NCBI GenBank assembly: GCA_902551185.1
Contig: CACDCN010000002.1
Coordinates: forward strand, 22,616-86,615
From: an uncultured SAR86 cluster bacterium
Lineage (GTDB): Bacteria; Pseudomonadota; Gammaproteobacteria; Magnimaribacterales; D2472
Direction: 5' to 3'
Length of the DNA stretch: 64,000 nucleotides
This document shows, piece by piece, positions 48,328 to 59,252 of this stretch. Position numbers and translations under genes: made by a program. The notes beneath the pieces were generated by a model. That model was not told where the DNA came from. It saw nothing but the letters and a program-made list of their open reading frames with translations, and did no database searches. The first letter of the stretch is position 1; every line of letters starts with the position of its first letter.

Positions 48328-48335
48328 TTTTATAC

Positions 48336-48355
48336 AAAAAAAGGGCATTTGCCCC
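48336..48355 (-). terminator. Weak terminator/attenuator-like hairpin between tRNA-fMet and rimP
   Basis: The minus strand reads GGGGC-AAAT-GCCCT followed by TTTTTT. The stem is short (4-5 bp), so it is at best a partial terminator, like the metY-rimP attenuators known in E. coli. Confidence 0.35.
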
Positions 48356-48374
48356 ACAAAAATTTATTTAACTG

Positions 48375-48451
<77 letters not shown>

Positions 48452-48466
48452 ACGCAGCGAACATGA

Positions 48467-48495
48467 AGTTTATGAAAGTAACATAGATAGGTCAA
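48467..48495 (-). promoter_or_regulatory. Candidate sigma70 promoter for tRNA-fMet / the rimP-nusA-infB operon
   Basis: The minus strand reads TTGACC-17 nt-TAAACT, followed by the GC-rich discriminator-like CGCTGCG just before the tRNA 5' end. Confidence 0.5.
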
Positions 48496-48523
48496 GTTTT
48501 TTATATTAGAAGAAATATAATAT

Positions 48524-48532
48524 TGTTATAAT
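48524..48532 (+). promoter_or_regulatory. Candidate extended -10 promoter (TGTTATAAT) for tRNA-Leu
   Basis: TGtTATAAT ends 12 nt upstream of the tRNA-Leu 5' end. No clear -35. Confidence 0.4.
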
Positions 48533-48544
48533 CACGTTCTTTTT

Positions 48545-48631
48545 GCCGAAGTGGTGGAATTGGTAGACACGCTAGCTTGAGGGGCTAGTGAGCGTAAGCT
48601 CGTGCGGGTTCAAGTCCCGCTTTCGGCACCA
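48545..48631 (+). tRNA. leuU: tRNA-Leu (anticodon GAG), class II with a long variable arm
   Basis: GCCGAAGTGGTGGAATTGGTAGACAC...anticodon loop TTGAGGG...GGTTCAAGTCC...CCA. It closely resembles E. coli leuU. Confidence 0.95.
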
Positions 48632-48639
48632 TTTAAGTA

Positions 48640-48951
48640 TTATTCAATAGGAATTTCTTCAGAGAAGCCTTCCTCTAAAGCCTCTTCAATTAAAGGCGTT
48701 TCAAAGATTACTTCTGAATTTTCGCTTTTATATAAATAAGCTAACAATAGTGAAAGAACTAACCAAAAAGCTACTAATATATATGTTAGTCTTCCAAGAA
48801 AATCAGATGGGCCAAGTGCCCCAAACATAGAATTTGAAGACCCTCCTCCAAATGCTGAACCTAAATCAGATCCTTTTCCTTGTTGAAGTAAAACTAAGCC
48901 AATTATCACAATTGCCAACACTATACATATCACTTTAATTATAATTATCAT
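48640..48951 (-). CDS. secG: Preprotein translocase subunit SecG
   Basis: LLQQGKGSDLGSAFGGGSSNSMFG is the SecG signature, with two TM helices. Confidence 0.93.
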   Translation of the reverse strand: MIIIIKVICIVLAIVIIGLVLLQQGKGSDLGSAFGGGSSNSMFGALGPSDFLGRLTYILVAFWLVLSLLLAYLYKSENSEVIFETPLIEEALEEGFSEEIPIE

Positions 48952-48953
48952 AT

Positions 48954-49691
48954 TTATTTAGTTCTATTAAATATATTTACTATTTTTGCAAAGATTGTCC
49001 CATCTAACGAAGCCCCTCCAACCAATGCTCCATCCACAAATTCTTCTTTAAAAAAGCTTTCAGCATTTTTATCTGTAACACTTCCACCATATAAAACTTT
49101 TGGTGAGAGGTTATTTTCAGAATTGGATTGTACAACATCTTTAATGTATTTATGAATTTCATTTATATCTTTTGGTTCTGGTGTAAGGCCGCTTCCAATT
49201 GCCCAAACGGGTTCATATGCAACTGTAAATTCTGTATCTAACTCAAGACCATTAACTATTTCAAGCTGTTCTTTAAGAACATCTTTTGTTATGCCTTTAT
49301 CATTTTCTTCTTTCGTCTCTCCGATACATAATATGGTCATAATTCTTTTATTAAGACTTTTAAGTTTCTTTCTTATTAAATTATTATTTTCATTAAATAT
49401 TTGTCGCCTCTCAGAATGTCCTATTATTGAAAAATCACATGCCATATCGATCAACATATCAACCGAGATTGCACCAGTCCTTGATTCATCCAAATGGTCA
49501 ACATCTTGTACCCCCCATTCAACAAATCTTAAAGAGGTATTTTCATCGTTAAAATAACCAAAATATATTAATGGTGGGGCTACTCCTACAGTTGGAGGCA
49601 CATCACCACAATCAATCTCTTTGCTGTAATTCTCAAACCATGAAAACATCATTTCCTTACTTCCATTACATTTCCAATTAGCAATTATCAT
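48954..49691 (-). CDS. tpiA: Triosephosphate isomerase
   Basis: ANWKCNG...IGHSERR...YEPVWAIGSG...GGASL. Confidence 0.93.
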   Translation of the reverse strand: MIIANWKCNGSKEMMFSWFENYSKEIDCGDVPPTVGVAPPLIYFGYFNDENTSLRFVEWGVQDVDHLDESRTGAISVDMLIDMACDFSIIGHSERRQIFNENNNLIRKKLKSLNKRIMTILCIGETKEENDKGITKDVLKEQLEIVNGLELDTEFTVAYEPVWAIGSGLTPEPKDINEIHKYIKDVVQSNSENNLSPKVLYGGSVTDKNAESFFKEEFVDGALVGGASLDGTIFAKIVNIFNRTK

Positions 49692-51010
49692 AATTTTGAC
49701 CTTATAATTTTTTCAATATCACTAGCAAATTTTTCTGCGACTTGTTTTTCAGGAGCTTCAACCATAATCCTTATTTTAGATTCCGTTCCTGATGGTCTAA
49801 CTAAAATCCTTCCAACAGTCATATCTGATTCAATTGCTTTAATTAATGCTTTGAGGTCTTTATCATTAACAATATCCTTATTATTTACTGAAACAGCCTT
49901 ATTAATCTGAGGTATCTTTGTGTAATTAGAAAGAATTTCTTGAGGACTCTTTTCTAACATCAATAAAGAAGATATAACTTTTAAAGCTGCAATTGTTCCA
50001 TCACCTGTACTAACAAGATCTTTACAAATAATATGTCCAGAGGCCTCTCCTCCTAACATCCAGCCCTTCTTTGTGAGCATTTCGGTAACGTACTTATCTC
50101 CAACATCAGCTCTTATAAATTTATAACCAAGTTTCTGAATTCCATCTTCTAATCCAAGATTGCTCATTAGAGTTCCTACAACTCCTGACCAAGAACCTGT
50201 TCTATTTGGATTTGCAAAAGCAAGTATATATAAAAGATCATCTCCATCTAATATATTCCCTTCTTTATCTACTAAAATTACCCTATCACCATCACCATCA
50301 AGAGAAATACCATAATCTGCTCTGTTATTAATTACAGCCTCTTGGACAACTTCAGGGTTAGTAGATCCACAATTTTGATTAATATTGTAACCATCTGGTT
50401 CTGTACCGATTTTTATTACTTCTGCACCTAATTCCTGAAATATTTCTGGACTTACCTTGTAACATGCGCCATTAGCGCAATCAATAACAATTCTAAGAGA
50501 GGAAAATGAAATATCTGGGGGTACTGTAGATTTACAAAATTCAATATATCTTGGTCCTGACTCATCAAATCTATATGCTTTACCTATTTTAGATGTCTCA
50601 ACTGGAGTAAGGTTTTTAGCAATATTTTTTTCAATCTTTTTTTCTATATCTCTTGAGATTTTTTCACCATCTTCGTTAAAGATCTTTATACCATTGTCTA
50701 AGAAATTATTATGAGAAGCACTTATAACTACACCAAATTTATTTCTTAATGTTTTTGTAAGATAAGCTACCCCAGGAGTAGGAAGAGGTCCCAATAGATT
50801 AACATCTACACCTGAAGCAATAAAACCTGCTTGAAGTGCAGACTCAAGCATATATCCTGATATCCTAGTATCCTTGCCTATAACAACTGTATCCCAACCT
50901 AATTCTTTCATTACAAGCCCAGTTGCATGACCAATCCTTAAGCAGGCTTCAGGTGTTATTTTGTTTTCGACAGGTCCCCTAATACCGTCGGTTCCAAATT
51001 TTAAATTCAT
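49688..51010 (-). CDS. glmM: Phosphoglucosamine mutase
   Basis: FGTDGIRG...SASHN...DGDGDR...GGEASGH. Confidence 0.96.
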   Translation of the reverse strand: MNLKFGTDGIRGPVENKITPEACLRIGHATGLVMKELGWDTVVIGKDTRISGYMLESALQAGFIASGVDVNLLGPLPTPGVAYLTKTLRNKFGVVISASHNNFLDNGIKIFNEDGEKISRDIEKKIEKNIAKNLTPVETSKIGKAYRFDESGPRYIEFCKSTVPPDISFSSLRIVIDCANGACYKVSPEIFQELGAEVIKIGTEPDGYNINQNCGSTNPEVVQEAVINNRADYGISLDGDGDRVILVDKEGNILDGDDLLYILAFANPNRTGSWSGVVGTLMSNLGLEDGIQKLGYKFIRADVGDKYVTEMLTKKGWMLGGEASGHIICKDLVSTGDGTIAALKVISSLLMLEKSPQEILSNYTKIPQINKAVSVNNKDIVNDKDLKALIKAIESDMTVGRILVRPSGTESKIRIMVEAPEKQVAEKFASDIEKIIRSKL

Positions 51011-51019
51011 GGGAAAGAA

Positions 51020-52927
51020 TTATAACTCTTCAGCAGTGCCTTTTATCGAAGATTTTTTATTTGGTTTGTCTGAAGGGGGATTATCAGACCATCCTTCTGG
51101 CTCTCTAGGATTTGCTCCGGCCATAATATCGTCTATTTGAGGAGCATCAATTGTTTCATATTTCAAAAGCGCATCAGCCATAACATTTAACTTATCTAAA
51201 TTCTCTTTTAATAGTTTCTCAGCTCTTTTGTAACATGAATCAATTATAGCTTTGACCTCTGAATCAATTAATTTTGATGTTTGATCACTTCTAATTTGAG
51301 CTGGGTTTGAAGCAGATCTTCCCAAAAATGGGCTGCCTTCGTCTTCTCCATACTTAATTGTTCCTAATTCATCTGAAAAACCCCACTTAGTGACCATATT
51401 TGTTGCAATACCAGTAGCCACCTCAATATCATTAGATGCGCCAGTTGTAATACCTTGTTGTCCATTAATAATACTCTCTGCGATTCTTCCTCCAAATAAA
51501 GTAGTAATTCTGCCAAGTAGATATTCTTTACTTTGCATATAAGTGTCTTCTTCAGGTAAAAACATTGTTACTCCTAATGCTCTTCCTCTTGGAATTATGG
51601 TTACTTTATATACAGGATCATGCGTTGGACATAATCTTCCAACGATAGCATGGCCCGCTTCGTGATATGCTGTTATTCTCTTTTGCTCTTCACTTAAAAT
51701 CATAGACTTTCTTTCAGCACCCATCATTATTTTATCTTTTGCTAAATCTAAATGAGATTGATCAATTTTCTTATCAGAATATCTTGCAGCAAATAATGCG
51801 GCCTCATTTATTAAATTAGCTAAGTCAGCCCCTGAGAATCCTGGCGTTCCTCTGGCAATTACTAATGGGTCAACATCTGCATCTAAAGGCACTTTTCTCA
51901 TATGCACTTTTAAAATTGCTTCTCTTCCTCTTATATCTGGTAAATCAACGACTACCTGTCTATCAAATCTTCCTGGTCTTAATAAAGCAGGGTCTAGAAC
52001 ATCTGGTCTATTAGTTGCTGCAATAACTATAACTCCGTCATTTCCTTCAAATCCATCCATTTCAACTAATAGCTGATTAAGAGTTTGTTCTCTTTCATCA
52101 TGACCTCCGCCAAGGCCTGCACCTCTATGTCTTCCAACAGCATCAATTTCATCTATAAATACAATACATGGAGATTGTTTTTTAGCCTGATCAAACATAT
52201 CTCTAACTCTTGAAGCGCCAACTCCTACAAACATTTCAACAAAATCTGATCCTGAGATTGAAAAGAAAGGAACTCTTGCTTCTCCAGCGACTGCTCTTGC
52301 AATTAATGTTTTACCTGTACCTGGAGGACCAACCATTAAAACGCCTCTTGGTATCTTTCCGCCAAGTTTTTGAAATTTTGTAGGGTCTTTTAAGAAATCA
52401 ATTAATTCTGAAACATCTTGTTTAGCCTCTTCGCAACCTGCGACGTCTTTAAAAGTAGTTTTTACTTTTCCACCTTCCATTAATTTAGCTTTACTTCGAC
52501 CAAATGACATTGGGCCACCTTTACCAGAAATCCCGCCTTGCATTTGCCTCATAAAAAAGAAGAATATCGCTAAAAGTAAGATTATAGGGAATGCGCCTAC
52601 AAGTAATTGAGAAAAAATAGATGGTTGTTCTACCTTTTCATATACAGCTATAACTCCATGCTCTTCAATTGCATTATCGACAGCCTCATCTTTTTTAAAG
52701 ATAGGGTGTGTAGTTTCAAATTTAGACCCATCAAGTCGATCTCCAATTATTGTCATTTGATCGCCCTTATATACGACCTTAATAATCTTATCTGATAAAA
52801 GTTCCTGCTTAAATTGACTATAACTTATTTGCTCTCTTACAGATGAATTTTCTATGTTATTAAATACATAAAACATGAGCGATCCTAGGATAACCCAAAC
52901 AACAAGATTTCTTATAAAACTACTCAT
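51020..52927 (-). CDS. ftsH: ATP-dependent zinc metalloprotease FtsH
   Basis: Two TM helices, AAA module GPPGTGKT...IVFIDEID, and zinc motif HEAGHA. Confidence 0.98.
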   Translation of the reverse strand: MSSFIRNLVVWVILGSLMFYVFNNIENSSVREQISYSQFKQELLSDKIIKVVYKGDQMTIIGDRLDGSKFETTHPIFKKDEAVDNAIEEHGVIAVYEKVEQPSIFSQLLVGAFPIILLLAIFFFFMRQMQGGISGKGGPMSFGRSKAKLMEGGKVKTTFKDVAGCEEAKQDVSELIDFLKDPTKFQKLGGKIPRGVLMVGPPGTGKTLIARAVAGEARVPFFSISGSDFVEMFVGVGASRVRDMFDQAKKQSPCIVFIDEIDAVGRHRGAGLGGGHDEREQTLNQLLVEMDGFEGNDGVIVIAATNRPDVLDPALLRPGRFDRQVVVDLPDIRGREAILKVHMRKVPLDADVDPLVIARGTPGFSGADLANLINEAALFAARYSDKKIDQSHLDLAKDKIMMGAERKSMILSEEQKRITAYHEAGHAIVGRLCPTHDPVYKVTIIPRGRALGVTMFLPEEDTYMQSKEYLLGRITTLFGGRIAESIINGQQGITTGASNDIEVATGIATNMVTKWGFSDELGTIKYGEDEGSPFLGRSASNPAQIRSDQTSKLIDSEVKAIIDSCYKRAEKLLKENLDKLNVMADALLKYETIDAPQIDDIMAGANPREPEGWSDNPPSDKPNKKSSIKGTAEEL

Positions 52928-52930
52928 GAA

Positions 52931-53494
52931 TTACTTTGCTCCAAATAAATATATTTCACCTGATTGCTTTTTTGATGCAGCAGGCTTGTAAGTTTGAACT
53001 ATATTAAAAGATAATTCCATATCTTTTCTTAAACTTCTTAACATGTTGTTTTGGAATGTTTTCATCACCAATAAGCCACCTAAATCTAAATAATCATTTG
53101 CAATCTTTAAAGAAAGTTTATTTAGCATATAAACATTCTCGCTATCAACTGCATCAATACCACTTAAGTTGGGGGCTATATCTGAAATTACAAGATTGAA
53201 TTTTCTTTTTAAATTATTTATTGGTCCTATAGAATCAATTTCTTCAATACTCTCTTTAAAAAAGAAAACTCCTTCGATTGGTTCCATATCAAGGATATCT
53301 ACAGCATAGACTTTAGATTTTGGAAAATTCTTAATAATATATTGGGACCAACCGCCTGGGGCGCTACCAATATCTAAAACATTTTTGAAACTTTTTTTAA
53401 ATTTAATCTTATTTAAAATTTCTTCTAATTTAAAAACTGCTCTTGATCGATATCCCATTTGTTTGGCTTTGTTCGCCCAATTATCTAAATGCAT
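52931..53494 (-). CDS. rlmE: 23S rRNA (uridine2552-2'-O)-methyltransferase RlmE (FtsJ)
   Basis: YRSRAVFKLEEI...DIGSAPGGWSQY...SDIAPN. It lies upstream of ftsH. Confidence 0.93.
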   Translation of the reverse strand: MHLDNWANKAKQMGYRSRAVFKLEEILNKIKFKKSFKNVLDIGSAPGGWSQYIIKNFPKSKVYAVDILDMEPIEGVFFFKESIEEIDSIGPINNLKRKFNLVISDIAPNLSGIDAVDSENVYMLNKLSLKIANDYLDLGGLLVMKTFQNNMLRSLRKDMELSFNIVQTYKPAASKKQSGEIYLFGAK

Positions 53495-53502
53495 TTATTT
53501 AT

Positions 53503-53979
53503 TTAAAGATGTTTAACTTCTAAAATTTCATACTTTAAATTTCCTGATGGTGTTTTTATATTAATTTCATCATCAACAAACTTTCCTACTAAACATTTTG
53601 CAATAGGAGTATCAATAGAAATTTGGCCTTTATCAGGATCAGATTCTAAATTACCAACAATTTTATATTTAATTTCTTTGTCATTTTCAATGTCATAGAC
53701 CATAACAGTAGACCCGAATATAACTCTCCCTGTCTCAGGTATTTCTTTCACATCAATAACTTGAGCATTTGCTAAAGCATTTTCCATTTCACTAATCTTA
53801 GCCTCAATTAATCCTTGTAATTCCTTTGCTGCATGATATTCAGCATTTTCTTTAAGATCTCCATGAGCTCTAGCTTCAGCAATAGCATTAGATATTTGAG
53901 GCCTTTCAACAAATTTTAAATTAGAAAGTTTTTCCTTTATTAAGATTTCACCTTCTTTTGTAAGTGGTACTCTACTCAT
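53503..53979 (-). CDS. greA: Transcription elongation factor GreA
   Basis: PLTKEG...ARAHGDLKENAEYHAAKE...SIDTPIAKCLVGK. Confidence 0.96.
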   Translation of the reverse strand: MSRVPLTKEGEILIKEKLSNLKFVERPQISNAIAEARAHGDLKENAEYHAAKELQGLIEAKISEMENALANAQVIDVKEIPETGRVIFGSTVMVYDIENDKEIKYKIVGNLESDPDKGQISIDTPIAKCLVGKFVDDEINIKTPSGNLKYEILEVKHL

Positions 53980-54004
53980 AGAACAATTATAACAATATAG
54001 AATA

Positions 54005-57000
54005 TTAATTATTTATTTCTTGAAGAGTGCTATAAGTCCAATCATCTTCGTTATTCTGCAATGCATCAATAATAGCAAAAGCTCCAAACATTGTTGTAGT
54101 GCAAAAAATTTTATTTCTTAGGGCACTTTGCCTTATTGATGCAGAATCTTTGATTGATTGTGTTCCTTCTGTTGTATTAATAACAAGATCTATTTCATTG
54201 TTTAGAATGCTATCTACAACATGGGGCCTTCCTTCCATAACCTTATTTACTTTTCTTACTTTGTATCCAAGGTTATCTATATATTCGGCTGTTCCAGCTG
54301 TCGCTATAATATTAAATCCAAGTTCGATTATGGCTGGAACAAATTTATCTAAATATTTTTTATCTGAAGCTTTAACGCTTATAAAAACAAGGCCTTTTCT
54401 TCTTAAAACCTTATTAGCTCCTTTTTGGGCTTTAGCATATGCTTCTCCAAAATTTGGACCAATACCCATTACCTCACCAGTAGATTTCATTTCAGGTCCT
54501 AAAATTGGATCTACATGAGGAAATTTATCAAAAGGCATGACTGCCTCTTTCACAAATGAGAGCCCATCAGGTAATTTTGAAGAGAACTTCTGATTTTTTA
54601 AGCTTTTTCCTATCATTGCTTTAGAGGCAACCTTTGCAAGAGAGTTGCCAATTGCTTTTGATATAAATGGAACTGTTCTAGAAGCTCTAGGATTAACTTC
54701 AATGATGTATATTTCCTCATCTTTAACAGCAAATTGGATATTCATTAATCCTACGACATCTAACTCCTTGGCAATACTCTTAGCTTGACCAACCATCTTT
54801 TCCTGAATTTCATTTGATAAACTATAAGGAGGAAGAGAGCATGCTGAATCACCTGAATGAATACCCGCTTGTTCAATATGTTGCAAAATTCCACCAATCT
54901 CTATGTTTTTTCCATCAGACACTACATCAACATCAACCTCAATAGCATCAGTTAAATAGCTATCTAATAGAATTGGTTTGCTATTTGAAACTTCAACTGC
55001 ATCATTCAAATACTTTTCGAGTTCTTTAGTATTATTTACTAATTGCATCGCTCTTCCACCTAAAACATATGAAGGCCTTACAACAATTGGAAATCCAATT
55101 TTTATAGCCTTCTTTATAGCCTCGCTTGTATTTTTTGCAGTGTCGTTAGAAGGTTGTTTCAAGCCCAATTTTTTAACCAATTCTTGGAATCTTTCTCTAT
55201 CTTCCGATCTATCAATTGCATCTACATTAGTACCTAAAATATTTACCCCCTTCTCTGACAAAACATCAGCTAATTTTAATGGAGTCTGGCCACCAAATTG
55301 GATAATTACTCCTTCTGGTTTTTCTATATCAATAATATCGAATATCTTTTCTGCAGTTATAGGCTCAAAATAAAGTCTATTAGATACATCGTAGTCGGTT
55401 GAGACGGTTTCTGGATTACAATTAACCATTATTGATTCATATCCTTCTTCTTGCATAGCTAAGGAAGCATGAACACAACAATAATCAAATTCTATTCCTT
55501 GTCCAATTCTATTTGGACCACTGCCTAGGACCATAATTTTCTTTTTTGCAGTTGGGTTGCTTTCACATTTATCTCCATATGAAGAATACATATAACAAGT
55601 CGAAGTAGCGAATTCTGCTGCGCATGTATCTACTCGTCTAAAAATTGGTATTATTTCTAATTTTTTTCGAAGCTCTCTAATATCATCCTCATTTGATCCA
55701 ACTAACTCAGCTATTCTATTATCAGAAAAACCCTTTTCTTTAATTTTCCTAAGATATTTCTTGTCTAATTGCTTGAATTTTATATTAATTAAATTATTTT
55801 CAATATCTATTAACTCTTTTATTTGATCTAAAAACCAATAATCAATTTTTGTTAAAGAAAATATCTTCTCTAATGACCAATTATTTCGGATTGCATCCGC
55901 TACATAGAAAAGCCTTTTAGGGCCTGGAATAGTTAACTCACTCTGAATCTCTTCTTTTGTGAGGTCTGATGCTTTTGTTTTTATTGAATTAAGTCCATTC
56001 AACTCCTCTTCCATGCTACATAAAGCTTTTTGCAATGATTCTTGAAAATTTGAACCAATAGACATAACTTCTCCAACTGATTTCATTTGGGTTGTTAGTT
56101 TTGGGCTTGCTTGAGGAAATTTTTCAAATGCAAATTTTGGTATTTTAGTAACAATGTAATCTATGCTTGGTTCAAATGAGGCTGGAGTTAAGCCACCTGT
56201 TATATCATTTTTCAATTCATCGAGGGTAAAACCAACTGATAAAAGAGCAGCTACTTTTGCTATTGGAAATCCAGTAGCTTTTGATGCTAAAGCAGAGGAT
56301 CTGCTTACTCTTGGATTCATCTCAATAACAACCATTTTTCCATTTTCGGGGTTTATAGCAAATTGAACATTTGATCCTCCTGTGTCTACACCTATTTCTC
56401 TTAAAATTTTAAAAGATGCATTTCGCATTATTTGAAATTCTTTATCCGTAAGTGTTTGGGCTGGAGCTATAGTAATAGAATCACCAGTATGAATACCCAT
56501 TGGATCTAAATTTTCAATAGAGCATACAATTATGCAATTATCTTCACAATCTCTTACAACCTCCATCTCATATTCTTTCCAACCAATAAGAGATTCATCA
56601 ATCAATAATTCATTCGTAGGAGATAATTCTAATCCTTTTTCACAAATAGCTTTAAATTCAGTAATGTTATACGCAATACCTCCGCCAGTTCCTCCCATAG
56701 TGAAAGATGGCCTTATAATGCATGGGAATCCTATTTCTTTTTGAACTTTTAGTGCGTCAGCCATTGAATGCGCTATCCCTGATGCTGGTGTCTCCAAATT
56801 AATTGCTTTCATTGTTTCATCAAATAACTGTCTATCCTCTGCCTTGTCAATTGCTGTTCTATTTGCACCTATAAGAATGACATCATGCTTCTTTAATATA
56901 CCTTTTTTATCTAAAGTTAATGCTGTATTTAAAGCTGTTTGGCCTCCCATGGTTGGTAAAATTGCATCTGGGTTCTCTTTTTCAATAATTTTTTCAACTG

Positions 57001-57217
57001 ATTGCCAATGAATTGGCTCAATGTAGGTTGCGTCAGCTAATAAAGGGTCTGTCATTATTGTAGCTGGATTAGAGTTAACTAAAATTACTCTAAATCCTTC
57101 TTCTTTAAGGGCTTTACATGCTTGCGCTCCAGAATAATCAAATTCGCAAGCTTGCCCAATTATTATTGGGCCTGCGCCGATTATAAGTATCGATGAAATA
57201 TCTTTACGTCTTGGCAT
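54005..57217 (-). CDS. carB: Carbamoyl-phosphate synthase large subunit
   Basis: 1070 aa with duplicated ATP-grasp halves and a C-terminal MGS-like domain. Its start overlaps the carA stop by 14 nt. Confidence 0.98.
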   Translation of the reverse strand: MPRRKDISSILIIGAGPIIIGQACEFDYSGAQACKALKEEGFRVILVNSNPATIMTDPLLADATYIEPIHWQSVEKIIEKENPDAILPTMGGQTALNTALTLDKKGILKKHDVILIGANRTAIDKAEDRQLFDETMKAINLETPASGIAHSMADALKVQKEIGFPCIIRPSFTMGGTGGGIAYNITEFKAICEKGLELSPTNELLIDESLIGWKEYEMEVVRDCEDNCIIVCSIENLDPMGIHTGDSITIAPAQTLTDKEFQIMRNASFKILREIGVDTGGSNVQFAINPENGKMVVIEMNPRVSRSSALASKATGFPIAKVAALLSVGFTLDELKNDITGGLTPASFEPSIDYIVTKIPKFAFEKFPQASPKLTTQMKSVGEVMSIGSNFQESLQKALCSMEEELNGLNSIKTKASDLTKEEIQSELTIPGPKRLFYVADAIRNNWSLEKIFSLTKIDYWFLDQIKELIDIENNLINIKFKQLDKKYLRKIKEKGFSDNRIAELVGSNEDDIRELRKKLEIIPIFRRVDTCAAEFATSTCYMYSSYGDKCESNPTAKKKIMVLGSGPNRIGQGIEFDYCCVHASLAMQEEGYESIMVNCNPETVSTDYDVSNRLYFEPITAEKIFDIIDIEKPEGVIIQFGGQTPLKLADVLSEKGVNILGTNVDAIDRSEDRERFQELVKKLGLKQPSNDTAKNTSEAIKKAIKIGFPIVVRPSYVLGGRAMQLVNNTKELEKYLNDAVEVSNSKPILLDSYLTDAIEVDVDVVSDGKNIEIGGILQHIEQAGIHSGDSACSLPPYSLSNEIQEKMVGQAKSIAKELDVVGLMNIQFAVKDEEIYIIEVNPRASRTVPFISKAIGNSLAKVASKAMIGKSLKNQKFSSKLPDGLSFVKEAVMPFDKFPHVDPILGPEMKSTGEVMGIGPNFGEAYAKAQKGANKVLRRKGLVFISVKASDKKYLDKFVPAIIELGFNIIATAGTAEYIDNLGYKVRKVNKVMEGRPHVVDSILNNEIDLVINTTEGTQSIKDSASIRQSALRNKIFCTTTMFGAFAIIDALQNNEDDWTYSTLQEINN

Positions 57218-58325
57218 ATTCTTTAATCATTAAGCTAAATTTGTTAAAAAGGATTTGTATTTCTTGAGGACCAGGACTTGCTTCAGGATGTCCCTGGAAA
57301 CTAAAAGCAGGTGAATCCTTGAATTGTATACCTTGAAGTGACTTATCAAATAATGATATATGTGTAGCCTCTATATTTGAAGGTAGAGAATCGATATCAA
57401 CTGCAAATCCATGATTTTGACTAGTAATAAATACTTCTTTTGATGAAATATCTTGAACTGGATGATTAGCCCCATGATGTCCAAATTTCATTTTATAAGT
57501 ATTTGCTCCTCCAGCAAGAGCTAACAGCTGATGGCCTAGACAAATACCAAAAATTGGTATTTTTGCTTCTAAAAATTTTTTAATATTTCTAATTGCATAA
57601 TCACAAGGCTCAGGATCGCCAGGCCCATTTGATAAAAATATCCCTTTAGGTTTTAACTTAATAATTTCTTCATATGTGGTTTTAGCATTTACAACTTTTA
57701 CTTCACCAACATGTTCAGCCAAAAGCCTCAAAATGTTTTCTTTAATACCGTAGTCATATGCAACAACTGGTAAAGATTCATTAGATTTTTTATTTTCAGG
57801 CCAAATTCCTTCATTCCATTCATATTCAGAAGCCGAAGAAACAACTTGAGCTAAATCCATACCTTTTAATCCCTTAAATGATTTGGCTTCTTTAATTGCA
57901 TCTTCTTCAGAAATAACAGATATAGAGCCTATGCAACAATTCATTGCACCGTTTTCTCTTAATATAGATGTGATTTGGCGAGTATCAACTTCTGAAATAG
58001 CCATGACATCATTTTTAACTAAAAAATCTTCAAGCGAAGTTTCTGATCTCCAATTACTTGGATTTTCACAAAAGTTTTTAACAACCATCCCAGAGGCATG
58101 AATTACTTTAGATTCATTATCCTCTTGGTTTATTCCTGTATTCCCAATATGTGGATGTGTAAAAGTAATAATTTGCTTTTTATATGATGGATCAGTAATG
58201 ATCTCTTGATATCCTGTCATGGAAGTATTAAAAACAAGCTCGCCTACATCGAATTTTTCTTTTCCAAAACCCTTTCCATAGAATACACTACCATCTTCAA
58301 ATGCTAATATGGCTTTGAAAGACAT
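57204..58325 (-). CDS. carA: Carbamoyl-phosphate synthase small (glutaminase) subunit
   Basis: Class I amidotransferase active site GICLGHQ and the HGANHPV motif. GAGG SD upstream. Confidence 0.97.
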   Translation of the reverse strand: MSFKAILAFEDGSVFYGKGFGKEKFDVGELVFNTSMTGYQEIITDPSYKKQIITFTHPHIGNTGINQEDNESKVIHASGMVVKNFCENPSNWRSETSLEDFLVKNDVMAISEVDTRQITSILRENGAMNCCIGSISVISEEDAIKEAKSFKGLKGMDLAQVVSSASEYEWNEGIWPENKKSNESLPVVAYDYGIKENILRLLAEHVGEVKVVNAKTTYEEIIKLKPKGIFLSNGPGDPEPCDYAIRNIKKFLEAKIPIFGICLGHQLLALAGGANTYKMKFGHHGANHPVQDISSKEVFITSQNHGFAVDIDSLPSNIEATHISLFDKSLQGIQFKDSPAFSFQGHPEASPGPQEIQILFNKFSLMIKEYAKT

Positions 58326-58481
58326 TAAAATAACCTCATTTTAATAGAGAATTTTAAGAAAAATTGTGGTTGACTATTTAAAGAATTTTTTAATTTTAAT
58401 GAGCTAAAATAATATGCTGACATTAAAATTGTACTTTATAGATTAAGTTGTCTAATGTCTATACGTAAATGATAAAAAACT

Positions 58482-59252
58482 ATGAAAATATCAATAAAAT
58501 CTTTAAATGATATTAAAAAAATGAAAGTAGCTGGAAAATTAGCTGCTGAAGTTCTAGATATGATAACTCCGTATGTTATTCCTGGAATATCAACAGGTGA
58601 ATTAGATAAATTATGTTATGAGCATATAGTCAATGTTCAAAATGCAATACCTGCAAATATAGGATACAAAGGCTATGAAAAAACAATATGTTCAAGTATC
58701 AATCAAGTTATATGTCATGGGATCCCAGATAATAATAAGACCCTTAAAGATGGCGATATCTTAAATATTGATGTTACTGTAATTAAAGATGGGTGGCATG
58801 GTGATACCTCTAAAATGTTTTTAGTAGGTAAATGTGCTCCTCATAATGAGAGATTGGTAAAGGTTACTCAAGAATGTCTTTATAAAGGAATAGAAGTTGT
58901 TAAGCCTGGTGCATATTTAGGTGATATTGGTCATGCCATTCAAAGACATGCCAAGGAAAATCACTATAGCGTGGTAGAAGATTACTGTGGCCATGGCATA
59001 GGAAAGGTCTATCATGAGGAACCTCAAGTCCTTCATTACGGAAAAGCAGGAACCGGGATCGAAATCAAGGAAGGAATGTGTTTTACGATTGAACCTATGA
59101 TTAATCAAGGAACAAAGTATTGTAAAACTCTAAATGATGGCTGGACTGTTGTAACTAAAGATGGGAGAAACTCTGCTCAGTGGGAACACACGATAGCAGT
59201 TCTAGAAAATGGAGTTGAAATTCTTACCAAAAGAAATGAAGAATTTGCATGA
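58482..59252 (+). CDS. map: Type I methionine aminopeptidase
   Basis: Metal ligands in context (DILNIDVT, GWHGDTS, GHGIG, FTIEP, QWEHT). Confidence 0.97.
   Translation: MKISIKSLNDIKKMKVAGKLAAEVLDMITPYVIPGISTGELDKLCYEHIVNVQNAIPANIGYKGYEKTICSSINQVICHGIPDNNKTLKDGDILNIDVTVIKDGWHGDTSKMFLVGKCAPHNERLVKVTQECLYKGIEVVKPGAYLGDIGHAIQRHAKENHYSVVEDYCGHGIGKVYHEEPQVLHYGKAGTGIEIKEGMCFTIEPMINQGTKYCKTLNDGWTVVTKDGRNSAQWEHTIAVLENGVEILTKRNEEFA

Noticed and set aside
58326-58481. The 156-nt carA/map divergent spacer, as a possible regulatory RNA or attenuator. It holds a TTGACT hexamer at about 58372 and TAGACA-15-TATAAA on the minus strand.
   Set aside because: The hexamer spacings are suboptimal. I could not identify a convincing hairpin plus U-tract attenuator, or ArgR or PyrR boxes. 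It probably just holds the two promoters, and the evidence is not strong enough to annotate.
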